This document shows, in pieces, positions 52,595 to 63,200 of a stretch of 64,000 bases of DNA. A model generated the notes under the pieces. It had not been told where the DNA came from. It saw only the letters and a list, made by a program, of their open reading frames with translations, and did no database searches. Made by a program: the position numbers and the translations under genes. This stretch comes from a virus: positions 37,735 to 101,734 of IMG/VR virus record IMGVR_UViG_3300023179_006727. One strand, given 5' to 3'. Each line of letters begins with the position of its first letter. Position 1 is the stretch's first letter.

Positions 52595-53389
52595 ATGAGA
52601 TCAATAAATTTTGTTGCAGGATTACCAAGATCAGGATCAACTTTACTAATAAATTTACTTAAACAAAATCCAAAAATTCATGGAGAGGCGGTAAGTTCAT
52701 TATGTTCAGTATTTTCTTCTATACATTTTAGTTGGAATAAACTTGAATCAAATCGTGAATATCCAAACTTACCTGCAAAGATTAATATTTTAAAAGGTGT
52801 TTTGAATTCATATCATGAACAACATGGTCGTGACATTGTATTTGATAAGGATCGTTTATGGATTACACAAATTAGTTTGTTAGAATATGTTTTAGAAAAG
52901 CCCGTAAAGATGTTAATTCCTGTAAGAAATCCTGCTGAGATTTTAGCCTCTTTCGAAAAAATTAGAAAACATAATCCACTACATTTAACATTGTCAGATG
53001 AAGATTTAAAAGAATCAACTTCAATACCTGCACGTGCGTATTTTTTTGCAGGACCGAACGGACCAATGGGCTTAGCTTATCAAGCGTTGAAAGATTCTAT
53101 TACTATGGGTTACTTGGATAGATTATTGTTTGTAGATTATAATCGTTTTTGTAATAGCCCAAAAAGTCAAATGAAAAGAATTTATGACTTTTTTGAACTT
53201 CCATCATTTGAACATGATTTTAATAATATTGAACAAAGTGAAGTTTATAATGATGAAGCAGTTAAATTACCTAATTTACACAAAATTAAACCATCACTAC
53301 AAAAAACAACTGTAAATTGTGTTGAATATCTTGGATTAGATTTGTATCAGCAATATAATCGTGAAATTTTTTGGGATGCTTGGATCTGA
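52595..53389 (+). CDS. Sulfotransferase
   Basis: PAPS loop GLPRSGSTLL, VRNP.EILASF, P..QMKRIYDF. Confidence 0.85.
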   Translation: MRSINFVAGLPRSGSTLLINLLKQNPKIHGEAVSSLCSVFSSIHFSWNKLESNREYPNLPAKINILKGVLNSYHEQHGRDIVFDKDRLWITQISLLEYVLEKPVKMLIPVRNPAEILASFEKIRKHNPLHLTLSDEDLKESTSIPARAYFFAGPNGPMGLAYQALKDSITMGYLDRLLFVDYNRFCNSPKSQMKRIYDFFELPSFEHDFNNIEQSEVYNDEAVKLPNLHKIKPSLQKTTVNCVEYLGLDLYQQYNREIFWDAWI

Positions 53390-53390
53390 A

Positions 53391-54053
53391 ATGAACGTTT
53401 TTAACCTATTCTCTATCCCTGTTTTGATGTCAGAACTTTTAGATTTTGAAAAAATTACGACTGAAGAATACGAGGTATTAACGAGTTTAGAGGTTAAAAA
53501 ACGAGAAGAGGAATTTGAAAATAGTACATTATTATCAAATTCTTCACAAATTCTAGAAGATCCAAGATTACTAAGAATTAAAGAAACAAAACTAAGATAC
53601 GTAGATCATTATCTTAATAATGTTATTAATGTTACTAACAAATTTAAGATGACTAGTTCTTGGTTGACAATAAATCAAAATGGATCTTCACATGAGAGAC
53701 ACTCTCATGGAAATGTTATATTAAGTGCTGTTTTATATTTTGGTGAAAACTTCTCTGATGAAAATTTATCAAATTTTTACATAAGTCAAGAAGGAACTAA
53801 AAATATATTTAAATCTTTTCAATTTACGTATGACATAAAAAATTATAACGAGTATAATTCACCTTCATTGAATTTAAAACCAAAAAATAACACGATAATA
53901 ATCTTTCCAGGTTGGATGTTACACGGATCGGAACCACACAATGATTCAAATAAGAGATATTGTATTGGTTCAAATTATTTTTTAAATGATCATGTAGGCT
54001 CAGGGTATCATTCATTGTCAATCGAAACAAAGATAAAAGATTCAACAATTTAA
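53391..54053 (+). CDS. 2OG-Fe(II) oxygenase-like protein
   Basis: W.TINQNG..HERHSH...LSAVLY...IIFPGWMLH....R..IGSN. Confidence 0.8.
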   Translation: MNVFNLFSIPVLMSELLDFEKITTEEYEVLTSLEVKKREEEFENSTLLSNSSQILEDPRLLRIKETKLRYVDHYLNNVINVTNKFKMTSSWLTINQNGSSHERHSHGNVILSAVLYFGENFSDENLSNFYISQEGTKNIFKSFQFTYDIKNYNEYNSPSLNLKPKNNTIIIFPGWMLHGSEPHNDSNKRYCIGSNYFLNDHVGSGYHSLSIETKIKDSTI

Positions 54054-54064
54054 ACGGAGAAAAA

Positions 54065-54694
54065 ATGGAAAATATAGCGCAATTATTACCTGAACATAAA
54101 AAATTAAATATGGGATGTGGGTTCAAAAAACTACTTGATCATTGGAATGTTGACATTGAAAAAAAATGTAACCCTGATCAAGTAGTTGATTTTGAAGAAT
54201 TTCCTTATCCCTACCCTGATGATTATTTTGAACATATTAATGCTGATAATATATTAGAACATTTGGGACAAAACCCTAAAGTTTTTACTGAGATAATAAA
54301 AGAAATGTATCGTATTAGTTCAGATCAAGCAACATGGCATATTAATTTTCCACATCATCGTTGCGATATATTTTTTGATGATTATACTCATGTTCGCCCA
54401 CTCACCGCAAAAACATTCCGAATGTTTGATCAAAAAGTTAATTTTGAATCAGTTGCAAAAAAATTAAGTGATAGCACATTTGGTTTATATCATGGTATTG
54501 ATTTGGAAGTACTTGATGCTAATTACAATGTAACAAGTTATTTTAGAGAACAACATGAAAATGGTTTTATTGGTACAAGAGAGTTAGATATAAAATTAAA
54601 CACAATTTCAAATGTTTGTGAAACAGTCGAAATTAAAATAAAGGTACATAAGCCAGGTCGATACAATAATTGGTTTAAAACATTAAATAAATGA
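54065..54694 (+). CDS. SAM-dependent methyltransferase (class I)
   Basis: LNMGCG...NVD...D....P.PDDYF...ILEHL...EMYRI...DYTH. Confidence 0.82.
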   Translation: MENIAQLLPEHKKLNMGCGFKKLLDHWNVDIEKKCNPDQVVDFEEFPYPYPDDYFEHINADNILEHLGQNPKVFTEIIKEMYRISSDQATWHINFPHHRCDIFFDDYTHVRPLTAKTFRMFDQKVNFESVAKKLSDSTFGLYHGIDLEVLDANYNVTSYFREQHENGFIGTRELDIKLNTISNVCETVEIKIKVHKPGRYNNWFKTLNK

Positions 54695-55443
54695 AGATAC
54701 CATTTGATAAAAAAATTTTTAATATAAACGATTTCCCTCGAAGAAATGTATTAGTTACTACTGATCAAGGTATGATGATAGTTAATCGTTTTGACAAAAA
54801 TTCTCAAAACGATGGACATGGGCAATGGTTATTAGATCATGGCAATTGTAATACATCTGAAGTAAATGATCTGTATCAAGTTATTAAATATAAAAATGAT
54901 CCAAATATTTTCGATGTAGGTTCAAATATAGGAACCATATCTATATGGTTAGCAAAAATTTTTAACTACGGTAAAATTTTTTCATTTGAACCACAACGAC
55001 AAGTATTTTATCAACTTTGTGGTAATATAGCAATTAATAATATTTACAATATTGAAGCATTTAATTTAGCTATAAGTGATGAAGATGGTTATTTTTATGT
55101 TAATGAGCCTAATTATTTTACAAATAATGATTTTGGTACTTTTAGTTTAATTGATACATGCGTAGATTATATACAGAACAAATTAATAGTTCCTAAAATT
55201 AGATTAGATGATTTTGTTAAAATTCACGAAATTAAAACTGTTGATTTGATTAAAATTGATGCAGAAGGAATGGATCTTCAAGTATTGCAGGGATCAAGGC
55301 AAATAATAGATTATCATGCTCCTGTTATTTTTGTAGAGTATTATGATAACTGTCAATCTAAATTACAAGAAATAAAAAATTTTTTAAATGATTATAGATA
55401 TAATTTTGAAGTAAGGGGTAATAATTTACTATGTCTGAAATAA
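54691..55443 (+). CDS. FkbM-family methyltransferase
   Basis: FDVGSNIG, FEPQ, IKIDAEGMDLQVLQG, PVIFVE. Confidence 0.9.
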   Translation: MKIPFDKKIFNINDFPRRNVLVTTDQGMMIVNRFDKNSQNDGHGQWLLDHGNCNTSEVNDLYQVIKYKNDPNIFDVGSNIGTISIWLAKIFNYGKIFSFEPQRQVFYQLCGNIAINNIYNIEAFNLAISDEDGYFYVNEPNYFTNNDFGTFSLIDTCVDYIQNKLIVPKIRLDDFVKIHEIKTVDLIKIDAEGMDLQVLQGSRQIIDYHAPVIFVEYYDNCQSKLQEIKNFLNDYRYNFEVRGNNLLCLK

Positions 55444-56246
55444 ATTTCCATTATGCAGTTCAAATATGTGATGTTGAAAATTCACAAAATTTGTCAAGAT
55501 TTTGTGGTAATGATCGTTCATTGTTGTCTAAAAAAAGTTTGGCATCGTTTTTTGAATCTGTAAAAAACTGTGCTGATAATGTCTCAAATTCTATTCATAC
55601 AATAAAAATATTTAATGATCGGTCAACACAAGAATTATTAGATTTTACAAATTATTTGATTAAAAAATATTCAAATGACCAAATTAAAGTAAGTATAGAA
55701 AATATCGTTCAGCCAGGCCTCGCTAACAGCATAAAACAATGCTATCTTTGGTTACAAGTTGTTGGGAAAGATTTAGTTTATCAAGTTCAAGATGATTATA
55801 TGTTTTTACCTGATGCTATTTTAGAAATGTATCAAATTTATGACCAAATGAAAAAAGAAATTAATTATGATATTATTGTAAGCCCATTTAATGATTATTG
55901 GTTATGGCTAGCTGTTTATCGTAATTCCGTGACACCTAGAACAGTTGTATGTGGATCTAACAGATATTGGATACAATATTATGATATGAGCTGCTCATTT
56001 ATGACTACACATAAACAATTTTCTCAGCATTGGGATTTATACCATGCATTCTTTGAATTAGTTGATAAAAAAGATCCAAAACTAGAAAGTCAGTCATTAA
56101 ATTATATGTTAACACAGCGTGGTGTGCTAGGTTTAATACCAATTAATAGTTTAGCTTTTCATATGCAAAGTGATTTAGAAAAAGATCCACATATTCCTTG
56201 GCAACCTATTTGGGACAATATTGATGTTACGATACCATCAACATGA
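55431..56246 (+). CDS. Putative GT-A glycosyltransferase
   Basis: IFNDRST, LVYQVQDDY (DxD-like), SLAFHMQ; cluster context. Confidence 0.6.
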   Translation: MSEINFHYAVQICDVENSQNLSRFCGNDRSLLSKKSLASFFESVKNCADNVSNSIHTIKIFNDRSTQELLDFTNYLIKKYSNDQIKVSIENIVQPGLANSIKQCYLWLQVVGKDLVYQVQDDYMFLPDAILEMYQIYDQMKKEINYDIIVSPFNDYWLWLAVYRNSVTPRTVVCGSNRYWIQYYDMSCSFMTTHKQFSQHWDLYHAFFELVDKKDPKLESQSLNYMLTQRGVLGLIPINSLAFHMQSDLEKDPHIPWQPIWDNIDVTIPST

Positions 56247-56760
56247 GTTTGTAATAGAAATAAAAGAAAAATATCCACTTTTTTTTAAAAAGCAAACAGT
56301 TTTAGAATTTGGAAGCCATGATATACATGGTACAGTAAGACCGTATTTCACTGATTGTGCTTATATTGGAGTTGATGTAGCAAATGGCAAAGGTGTCGAT
56401 GTAATCTCTATTGCACATGAATATAATCTACCCGATGAAACTTTTAATGTTGTTCTTAGTTTAGAAATGTTTGAACACGATCCATATTGGGATAAATCAT
56501 TTAAAAATATGATAAGATTATGTAAAAAAGGTGGTTTAGTACTATTTTCTTGTGCAACTACAGGTAGAGCAAAACATGGTACCCTATATTGTGATCCTCA
56601 TGCTAGTCCAAATACAGTTGATTTAGGATGGGAACATTATAAAAATCTAACTGAAAAAGATTTTATTGAAATTATTAATTTTGATGAATTGTTTTCAACC
56701 TATGATTTTTCAATTAATAGACATTCATTTGATTTAAACTTTTATGGCATAAAAAAATGA
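56221..56760 (+). CDS. SAM-dependent methyltransferase
   Basis: VLEFGS.DI.G, YIGVD...GKGVD, EMFEHDP.W. Exact start uncertain. Confidence 0.8.
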   Translation: MMLRYHQHEFVIEIKEKYPLFFKKQTVLEFGSHDIHGTVRPYFTDCAYIGVDVANGKGVDVISIAHEYNLPDETFNVVLSLEMFEHDPYWDKSFKNMIRLCKKGGLVLFSCATTGRAKHGTLYCDPHASPNTVDLGWEHYKNLTEKDFIEIINFDELFSTYDFSINRHSFDLNFYGIKK

Positions 56761-57491
56761 ACTTAACCTTGTATTGTAATAGTTTTAATGGAAAAAAACC
56801 ATTAAAATCACAATGCAACCAAAAAGTTTTAATGTGTGGCGCAGTAAACTTATCAAAAAGTATTAAAGATCAATGTATTAGCCAAAATTATCTACTAGAT
56901 GATACATCAGATAATATATCAAACTTGAATTACTTATTAGGTGATATCACAGGATTATATTGGATTTGGAAAAATACAAACGATGAATTCGTTGGTACCA
57001 ACCAATATAGAAGATTTTATGAAGATAGTGATCTGTATGAACATAAAAATTTACAAGAAAATACTCTATATGTTTCACACTTTGTTAAGTTTCCAATTAG
57101 TGTTTGGCAACAATATATATACTATCATGGTGAAATAGGTTTGAAATTATTAAATCGTGCGATTGAATTACAAAAAATTCCAATTTCTATGCCTATGAGT
57201 AATGAATTATATGCTAGAAATGAAATGTCAACATGTAATTCATTTTTTGCACATAGAACTATTTTTAATAAAGTTTGTGCTATTTTTATGGATATAATAT
57301 TAGAATTATATCATGGGTCAAAATATATTCTTGATTTTATTCAGTATAACTTACATGTAGAAAGAAATCCTAACGATAAAAGATTACTTGCTTTTTTAGG
57401 CGAACGTATTCTCAATATTATCTATTTTAATTGCAATTATTTCTTGGGTAATGTTAAAATAGTACCAATAAGGTATTATACACATGACTGA
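56757..57491 (+). CDS. DUF4422-like putative glycosyltransferase
   Basis: DDTSDNIS.LN....DITGLYWIWKN...FVGTNQYRR...R..AFLGER. Confidence 0.72.
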   Translation: MNLTLYCNSFNGKKPLKSQCNQKVLMCGAVNLSKSIKDQCISQNYLLDDTSDNISNLNYLLGDITGLYWIWKNTNDEFVGTNQYRRFYEDSDLYEHKNLQENTLYVSHFVKFPISVWQQYIYYHGEIGLKLLNRAIELQKIPISMPMSNELYARNEMSTCNSFFAHRTIFNKVCAIFMDIILELYHGSKYILDFIQYNLHVERNPNDKRLLAFLGERILNIIYFNCNYFLGNVKIVPIRYYTHD

Positions 57492-58761
57492 TTTATTATT
57501 AGAACAAATTTCAAACTTTTATAAACCAAAGTATATTCAAAATTACGAAAATTTTGATGAAAAAAAAGATAGTGTGCTGTACTCAGGTCCATATTGGAAT
57601 CAACAAGAATTATATGCTATTTTAGAAACAGTATTAAAAGGTAATTGGATCGTAAGTGGAGAAAATGTAGAAAAATTTGAATACGAATTTTCAAAAAAAT
57701 TTAATGTAAAATATTCACGTATGGTTAATTCAGGTAGTTCTGCTAATCTTGTTATGATAACCGCACTAAAAAAACGATTTAGATGGCAAGAAAATGATGA
57801 AATAATTGTATCTCCTGTTGGTTTTCCTACTACTATAGCTCCTATTATACAAAATAGATTAATTCCACAATTTATTGATATTGAATTTAATACTCTTAAT
57901 TTTGATCTTAACCTTATTGAAGATAAAATTACTTCAAAAACAAAGGCAATTTTTGTTTCTCCTGTATTAGGAAATCCACCTGATTTAGAAAAATTAACTG
58001 AAATTTCTAAAAAACATAACTTAATTTTAATTGGTGATAATTGCGATAGTTTAGGTTCGAAAATTAATAATCGTTACATCCATGAGTATTATTATGCTTG
58101 GTCTTGTAGTTTTTATCCTGCTCATCATATTTCAACAGGTGAAGGTGGAATGGTATCATCTAATGACCAACATTTATCAGATTTAGTTAAAAGTATTAGT
58201 TGGTGGGGTAGAGATTGTTATTGTGTTGGAAGTAACAATACTTTACCTCAAGGTACTTGTGGTAAAAGGTTTGATTATTGGTTAGAAAATTATGATGGTA
58301 TTATTGATCACAAATATATTTATGGTAATATAGGTTATAATTTAAAACCATTAGATTTACAAGGATCAATTGGCTCTGTACAACTTACTAAATTTGATGA
58401 AATTAGTAATAAAAGAAAATTACATAAAGATATTATTGATCAAGCATTATTTAGTCATATTGATTTAGATAAAGTTGTAAATTTATCTAATGCAGATCCA
58501 TGTTGGTTTGGAGTACCTATACTTTGTAAAAATCAAGGACAAAAAGAACTCCTTGTCAGTTATTTTGAGGCTAATAGAATACAGACACGTAATTATTTTG
58601 GTGGTAATATACTTTTTCATCCTGCATATAAACATTTAGATGACTATAAAAAATACCCAAATGCAAATAAAACATTAGATTTAGTATTTTTTTTGGGGTG
58701 TTCACCAAGTTATAATCAAAAAGTATTAGATTATATAAAAAATGTCATACAATTATGGTAA
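57484..58761 (+). CDS. rfbH: CDP-4-keto-6-deoxyglucose 3-dehydrase E1-like (DegT/DnrJ fold)
   Basis: VNSGSSANL, DNCDSLG, SFYPAHHISTGEGG (His in place of the PLP Lys), GRDCYC...TCGKRF...DHKY (E1-type Fe-S ligands). Confidence 0.85.
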   Translation: MTDLLLEQISNFYKPKYIQNYENFDEKKDSVLYSGPYWNQQELYAILETVLKGNWIVSGENVEKFEYEFSKKFNVKYSRMVNSGSSANLVMITALKKRFRWQENDEIIVSPVGFPTTIAPIIQNRLIPQFIDIEFNTLNFDLNLIEDKITSKTKAIFVSPVLGNPPDLEKLTEISKKHNLILIGDNCDSLGSKINNRYIHEYYYAWSCSFYPAHHISTGEGGMVSSNDQHLSDLVKSISWWGRDCYCVGSNNTLPQGTCGKRFDYWLENYDGIIDHKYIYGNIGYNLKPLDLQGSIGSVQLTKFDEISNKRKLHKDIIDQALFSHIDLDKVVNLSNADPCWFGVPILCKNQGQKELLVSYFEANRIQTRNYFGGNILFHPAYKHLDDYKKYPNANKTLDLVFFLGCSPSYNQKVLDYIKNVIQLW

Positions 58762-59591
58762 CTTTATTTGGACATGGGTTTATAGGGTCAAAGTATTCAT
58801 CATTATATCCTTGTATTATAAATCAACGTGATGATTTTGTTCCAAAAACTGATCAATTATTATATTTTATTAGTACTGTAGATAATTATAATGTTTTCAC
58901 TAATCCACATTTAGATATAAACACTAATCTTAATTTGCTTATTGAAACATTAGAACACTGTAAAAATAATAAAAACACTGTTTTTAATTTTGCTAGCTCA
59001 TGGTTTGTGTATGGGGAAGTAGCATCAAACGCCACAGAAGAAAGTTATTGTAATCCTAAAGGTTTTTATTCTATAACAAAAAGAACAGCAGAACAGTTAC
59101 TAATAAGTTATTGCCAAACATTTGATTTAAATTATAGAATTTTTAGATTTGCAAATGTTGTAGGTGCGGGAGATGTAAAAACATCATCTAAAAAAAATGC
59201 TTTAGGTTTTTTAGTTCGTAAATTAGTTTACAATGAAGATATTAATTTGTATGAAAATGGTAATTTTTATAGAGATTATGTACATGTTGAAGATGTGTGT
59301 CATGCAATAAACATGTTATTACAAACTGAAACAGATCAGATTATAAATATTGGAACAGGAAAACCCGTATTGTTTTCTGAAATAATTAGTTATGTAATTA
59401 AAAAAGTAGGGTCAAAAAGTAAAATTTTTAATATTGAACAACCACAATTTCATAAAGTTGTTCAAAATAAATCATTTTTTATGAATTGTGACAAATTGAT
59501 TAGCTATAATTTTAAATTTAAACATAACATATATTCAATATTAGATGAACTTATTGTAGAAGCGGAAAAAAATGAAAAAATATCACATTAG
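58755..59591 (+). CDS. NAD-dependent nucleotide-sugar epimerase/reductase (extended SDR)
   Basis: GHGFIG, SSWFVYG, YSITK, RDYVHVED, NIGTG. Confidence 0.85.
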   Translation: MVTLFGHGFIGSKYSSLYPCIINQRDDFVPKTDQLLYFISTVDNYNVFTNPHLDINTNLNLLIETLEHCKNNKNTVFNFASSWFVYGEVASNATEESYCNPKGFYSITKRTAEQLLISYCQTFDLNYRIFRFANVVGAGDVKTSSKKNALGFLVRKLVYNEDINLYENGNFYRDYVHVEDVCHAINMLLQTETDQIINIGTGKPVLFSEIISYVIKKVGSKSKIFNIEQPQFHKVVQNKSFFMNCDKLISYNFKFKHNIYSILDELIVEAEKNEKISH

Positions 59592-59784
59592 ATACAATAC
59601 GCAAAAGGGTGAGTCAGATTTTGCATGGCGTATTTTTGAAAATGGAACTGAATTTTTAGTTAAAAATATTAAAATTGAGGTGCCATGTTTTAATGAGTGT
59701 ACTATGGAAAATGGAGTTGAAAAACATAACATTGCTTGTTATGGTCGAATGATTATTATTGATAATAACGCTTTGATTATTTAA
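59572..59784 (+). CDS. Small hypothetical protein
   Basis: Overlaps the previous gene, last of the operon; YHIRYN...WRIFENG.E.LV. Confidence 0.6.
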   Translation: MKKYHIRYNTQKGESDFAWRIFENGTEFLVKNIKIEVPCFNECTMENGVEKHNIACYGRMIIIDNNALII

Positions 59785-59848
59785 TTAATTTTTAAATAAT
59801 AAATAATTATGCCTAAATATAATTATCTCAATCGGGATGGGAGCAATT

Positions 59849-59873
59849 AGGGAATCGTTAAGATTCCTTTTTT
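59849..59873 (+). terminator. Terminator between convergent genes
   Basis: GGAATC-GTTAA-GATTCC followed by T6. Confidence 0.65.
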
Positions 59874-59875
59874 GT

Positions 59876-60220
59876 TTATATTGTTACTTCACTTATATCA
59901 ACAGTAGTATCGACTGTTAACTCATATTCATCATAATTTTTTTGTTTTAAATTTTGTAATCTTAAACGATTACAATTAGCACAGAGAGTAGTAAAATTAT
60001 TATTTACAATAACTAAATCTAATTGACACATGTGCTTTGCTATAAATCCACAAGATTCACATGATTTTCTTTTTTTCGGTCGTTTCCTGTATTTCTTACT
60101 ATCGCAACTACTGCAATACTTGCGCCATTTTGTAAATCCATTAACACTAGTCCCACTTTTTCTTGATGGTCTTAATTTACACCCTATACAAATAGGTCGT
60201 TTTAAACTTTTTGTTAACAT
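59876..60220 (-). CDS. Zinc-finger protein with degenerate HNH-like domain
   Basis: Four CxxC pairs (CIGC, CSSC, CESC, CANC). The start may be 60220 or 60226. Confidence 0.65.
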   Translation of the reverse strand: MLTKSLKRPICIGCKLRPSRKSGTSVNGFTKWRKYCSSCDSKKYRKRPKKRKSCESCGFIAKHMCQLDLVIVNNNFTTLCANCNRLRLQNLKQKNYDEYELTVDTTVDISEVTI

Positions 60221-60299
60221 TTTCATATTTATGTCTTCAATACCCTAAAAGACACAATAAAAAAATAAATATATTAATAGAATAATCATTGGAAAATAA

Positions 60300-63200
60300 A
60301 TGTCACAAGAAATTATTAATATTGGAGCTTTGCCTAATGATGGCACAGGTGATCCTGTAAGAGTTGCATTTCAGAAAATAAACAATAATTTTACGCAAGT
60401 ATTTGATGGAAATACTTTTAGTGAAGTATTTGGTCCTGAAGGTAGTGTGCAATTTAAAAAAGTCAACAGTTTTCAATCAATTGCAGTAAAAGGTAATATA
60501 ACATTAGTAACAGGATATCCATCACGTTTTTATACTACTAGTGATTATATCGATTATATTGAACAAACTGCTCCAACAAGTAACACAATATATGACACTA
60601 TTAGCGCAAATGGAAATTTTTATGGTGTTGGTCAAGGTGGAACAGTAGTTACAAGTTCTGATGGTGTAACATGGGGTAATGTGATTCAAGTTGGTGTACC
60701 TGATACTTTACGAAGTATTGCGTATGATTCTTCAAATACTTTATTTGTTACAGTGGGTGATAACGGTCGTATTTTAAGTAGCACTAATGGCGCAAATTGG
60801 ACATTACGCACTAGTGGTGTAACAGACCATTTACATGGTGTTACATATGCAGATGCTCTAGGTTTTGTCGTTGTCGGTGCTAATGGTACTGCATTATATA
60901 GTACAAATGCAACAACATGGAATGCAGCTAATTCTTCTGTTTCTGAAGATTTGTATGGTATAAGTTATAATGGTGTTATTTTTACCGCAGTTGGAGCAAA
61001 TGGTACAATTATAAGTAGTAACATTGTATCTACTTGGACTGATAGAACAATTTCTAATGTTAATACCGATTTTTATAGTGTTACTGTAGCAAATGTATTA
61101 GGTAATTTGACTTTTATTACAGTTGGTGAAAATGGAGCTGCGTATAAAAGTGCTGACGGTAACGCAGTAATTTGGACAGCATTAACAACTTCTACAACAA
61201 ATAATTTGGTTGACGTAGTAGTTGGGGCAAATGTTTTCTTAGCTACAGGTGCTAATAGTACAGTTTTAAGTTTACCATTTGGTAATACAATATGGAATAA
61301 TGTAAGCGTACCAAGTCGTATGATTGGTAGTGCAAACTTTTTATATGATGATCCAAATAGTAATATATTATTAAATTCTAATATTATACCACAAAGTAAT
61401 ACAAATATTCTGTTTGGTTCAAATACAAACAGAATAAACACAGCTTATTTTACAACATCAATTAGTAATATTTCAAATGTTTCTAATTTAACCGTATCTT
61501 CGTTAGCAACAATTACAAGTGTTAACATTGTTGGATTGTCTAATTTAGGAGACATTGGTAATGTAACAATACTTGGTGGCGATAATGGTTATTTTTTGCA
61601 AACTGACGGGGCAGGTGGTTTAACATGGGCACCTGCAGGTAATGGTGGAAATGGTGGAAATGGATCACCCGCAGGAGCAAATACTCAAGTACAATTTAAT
61701 GATGCAGGTAATTTTGGTGGTGATGCAGGTTTTACATATAATAAAATTACTAATGTTTTAACTGTTAATACAATTAATTCAACTACACAAACAGTAAGCA
61801 ACAATATTACAGCAACTTCTGCAAATATTACAGCTAATTTGATTGCAGGAAATACATCACTTGGTAACTTGGCAACAGCAAATTATATTAATGTTGCTTG
61901 GGATGTCAATGCAAATGTTGTAAATGCAAATTATTTGTATGGTGATGGTTCTAATATTACTAATATTTCTATTGCAGCAAATGCAAATTATAGTACATAT
62001 GCAGGTGAAGCATTTGATGTAGCAGGTGCTAATGTTAGTGGTGAAGTAGCGAATGCTAATTATAGTGCATATGCAGGTGAAGCATTTGATGTAGCAGGTG
62101 CTAATGTTAGTGGTGAAGTAGCGAATGCTAATTATTCAATGTATGTTAATGTTGCAAATTCAAATAGTAATATTAATTATAATCTTGTTTTTGTTGAAAG
62201 TACATCAAATAATCAATTAAAAATTGATGCAAATACACAAATACAATATGATCCATCAAGTGGAATATTGACTGCTAATAGAATTGATGCAACATATTTT
62301 ATTGGTAATGGTCATTTTTTAACAAATTTAACAGGTGCTAATGTATCAGGTGAAGTTCCTTATGCAAATATTGCAAATTCTGTAGCAGGTGCTAATGTAA
62401 GTGGTATAGTAGCAAATGCAAATTATAGTGCATATGCAGGTAATGCTTTTAGTGTGAATGGTGCAAATGTAGTTGGTAATGTTCCTGAAGCAAATTTTGC
62501 TTGGCATGTTGATGTTGAACCAACTACAAATAATTTTAGTTATCATGTGGTATTGGTTCAAAATCCTGGGGATAATCATCTTCAAATTGATGGAGATGAT
62601 CAATTACAATATAATCCTGATCAAGGAATATTAACTTCACAGCGTGTTGATGCACAATATTTTGTTGGAAATGGTCATTTTTTAAGTGCAATCGAAGGTT
62701 CTAATGTAACAGGTCAAGTTCCTTACGCAAATATTGCAAATTTTGTAGCAGGTAGTAATGTAAGTGGTATAGTAGCAAATGCGAATTTTGCTTTGAATTC
62801 AGCAAATGCAAATTATGCTAATTTTGCTAATGTTTCAAATTTAGCTAATTACACTGCAAATTCAAACAATTCTAATTTAGCAATTACAGTAAGCGGAAAT
62901 GCTCAACCAAATATAACAAGTGTTGGAAATTTAACTAATTTAGTTGTTGATGGTACAATAATATCAAATAATTTAACAATACTTGCTAATAGCACAATAA
63001 GTAATTTAAATGTTTTAAATTTATTATCTGTTGATAATGAATTAGTTCTTAATGTTAATTCTAACATTACCTCGTATGGCATTGTTTATTTTGATGACGC
63101 AACTGAAATAAATTTAGGTGAAGTAGACAAAATATCAATTTTAGGTGGCTCTAATGGCTATTATTTGAGAACTGATGGCAGTGGTAATTTATCTTGGGCT

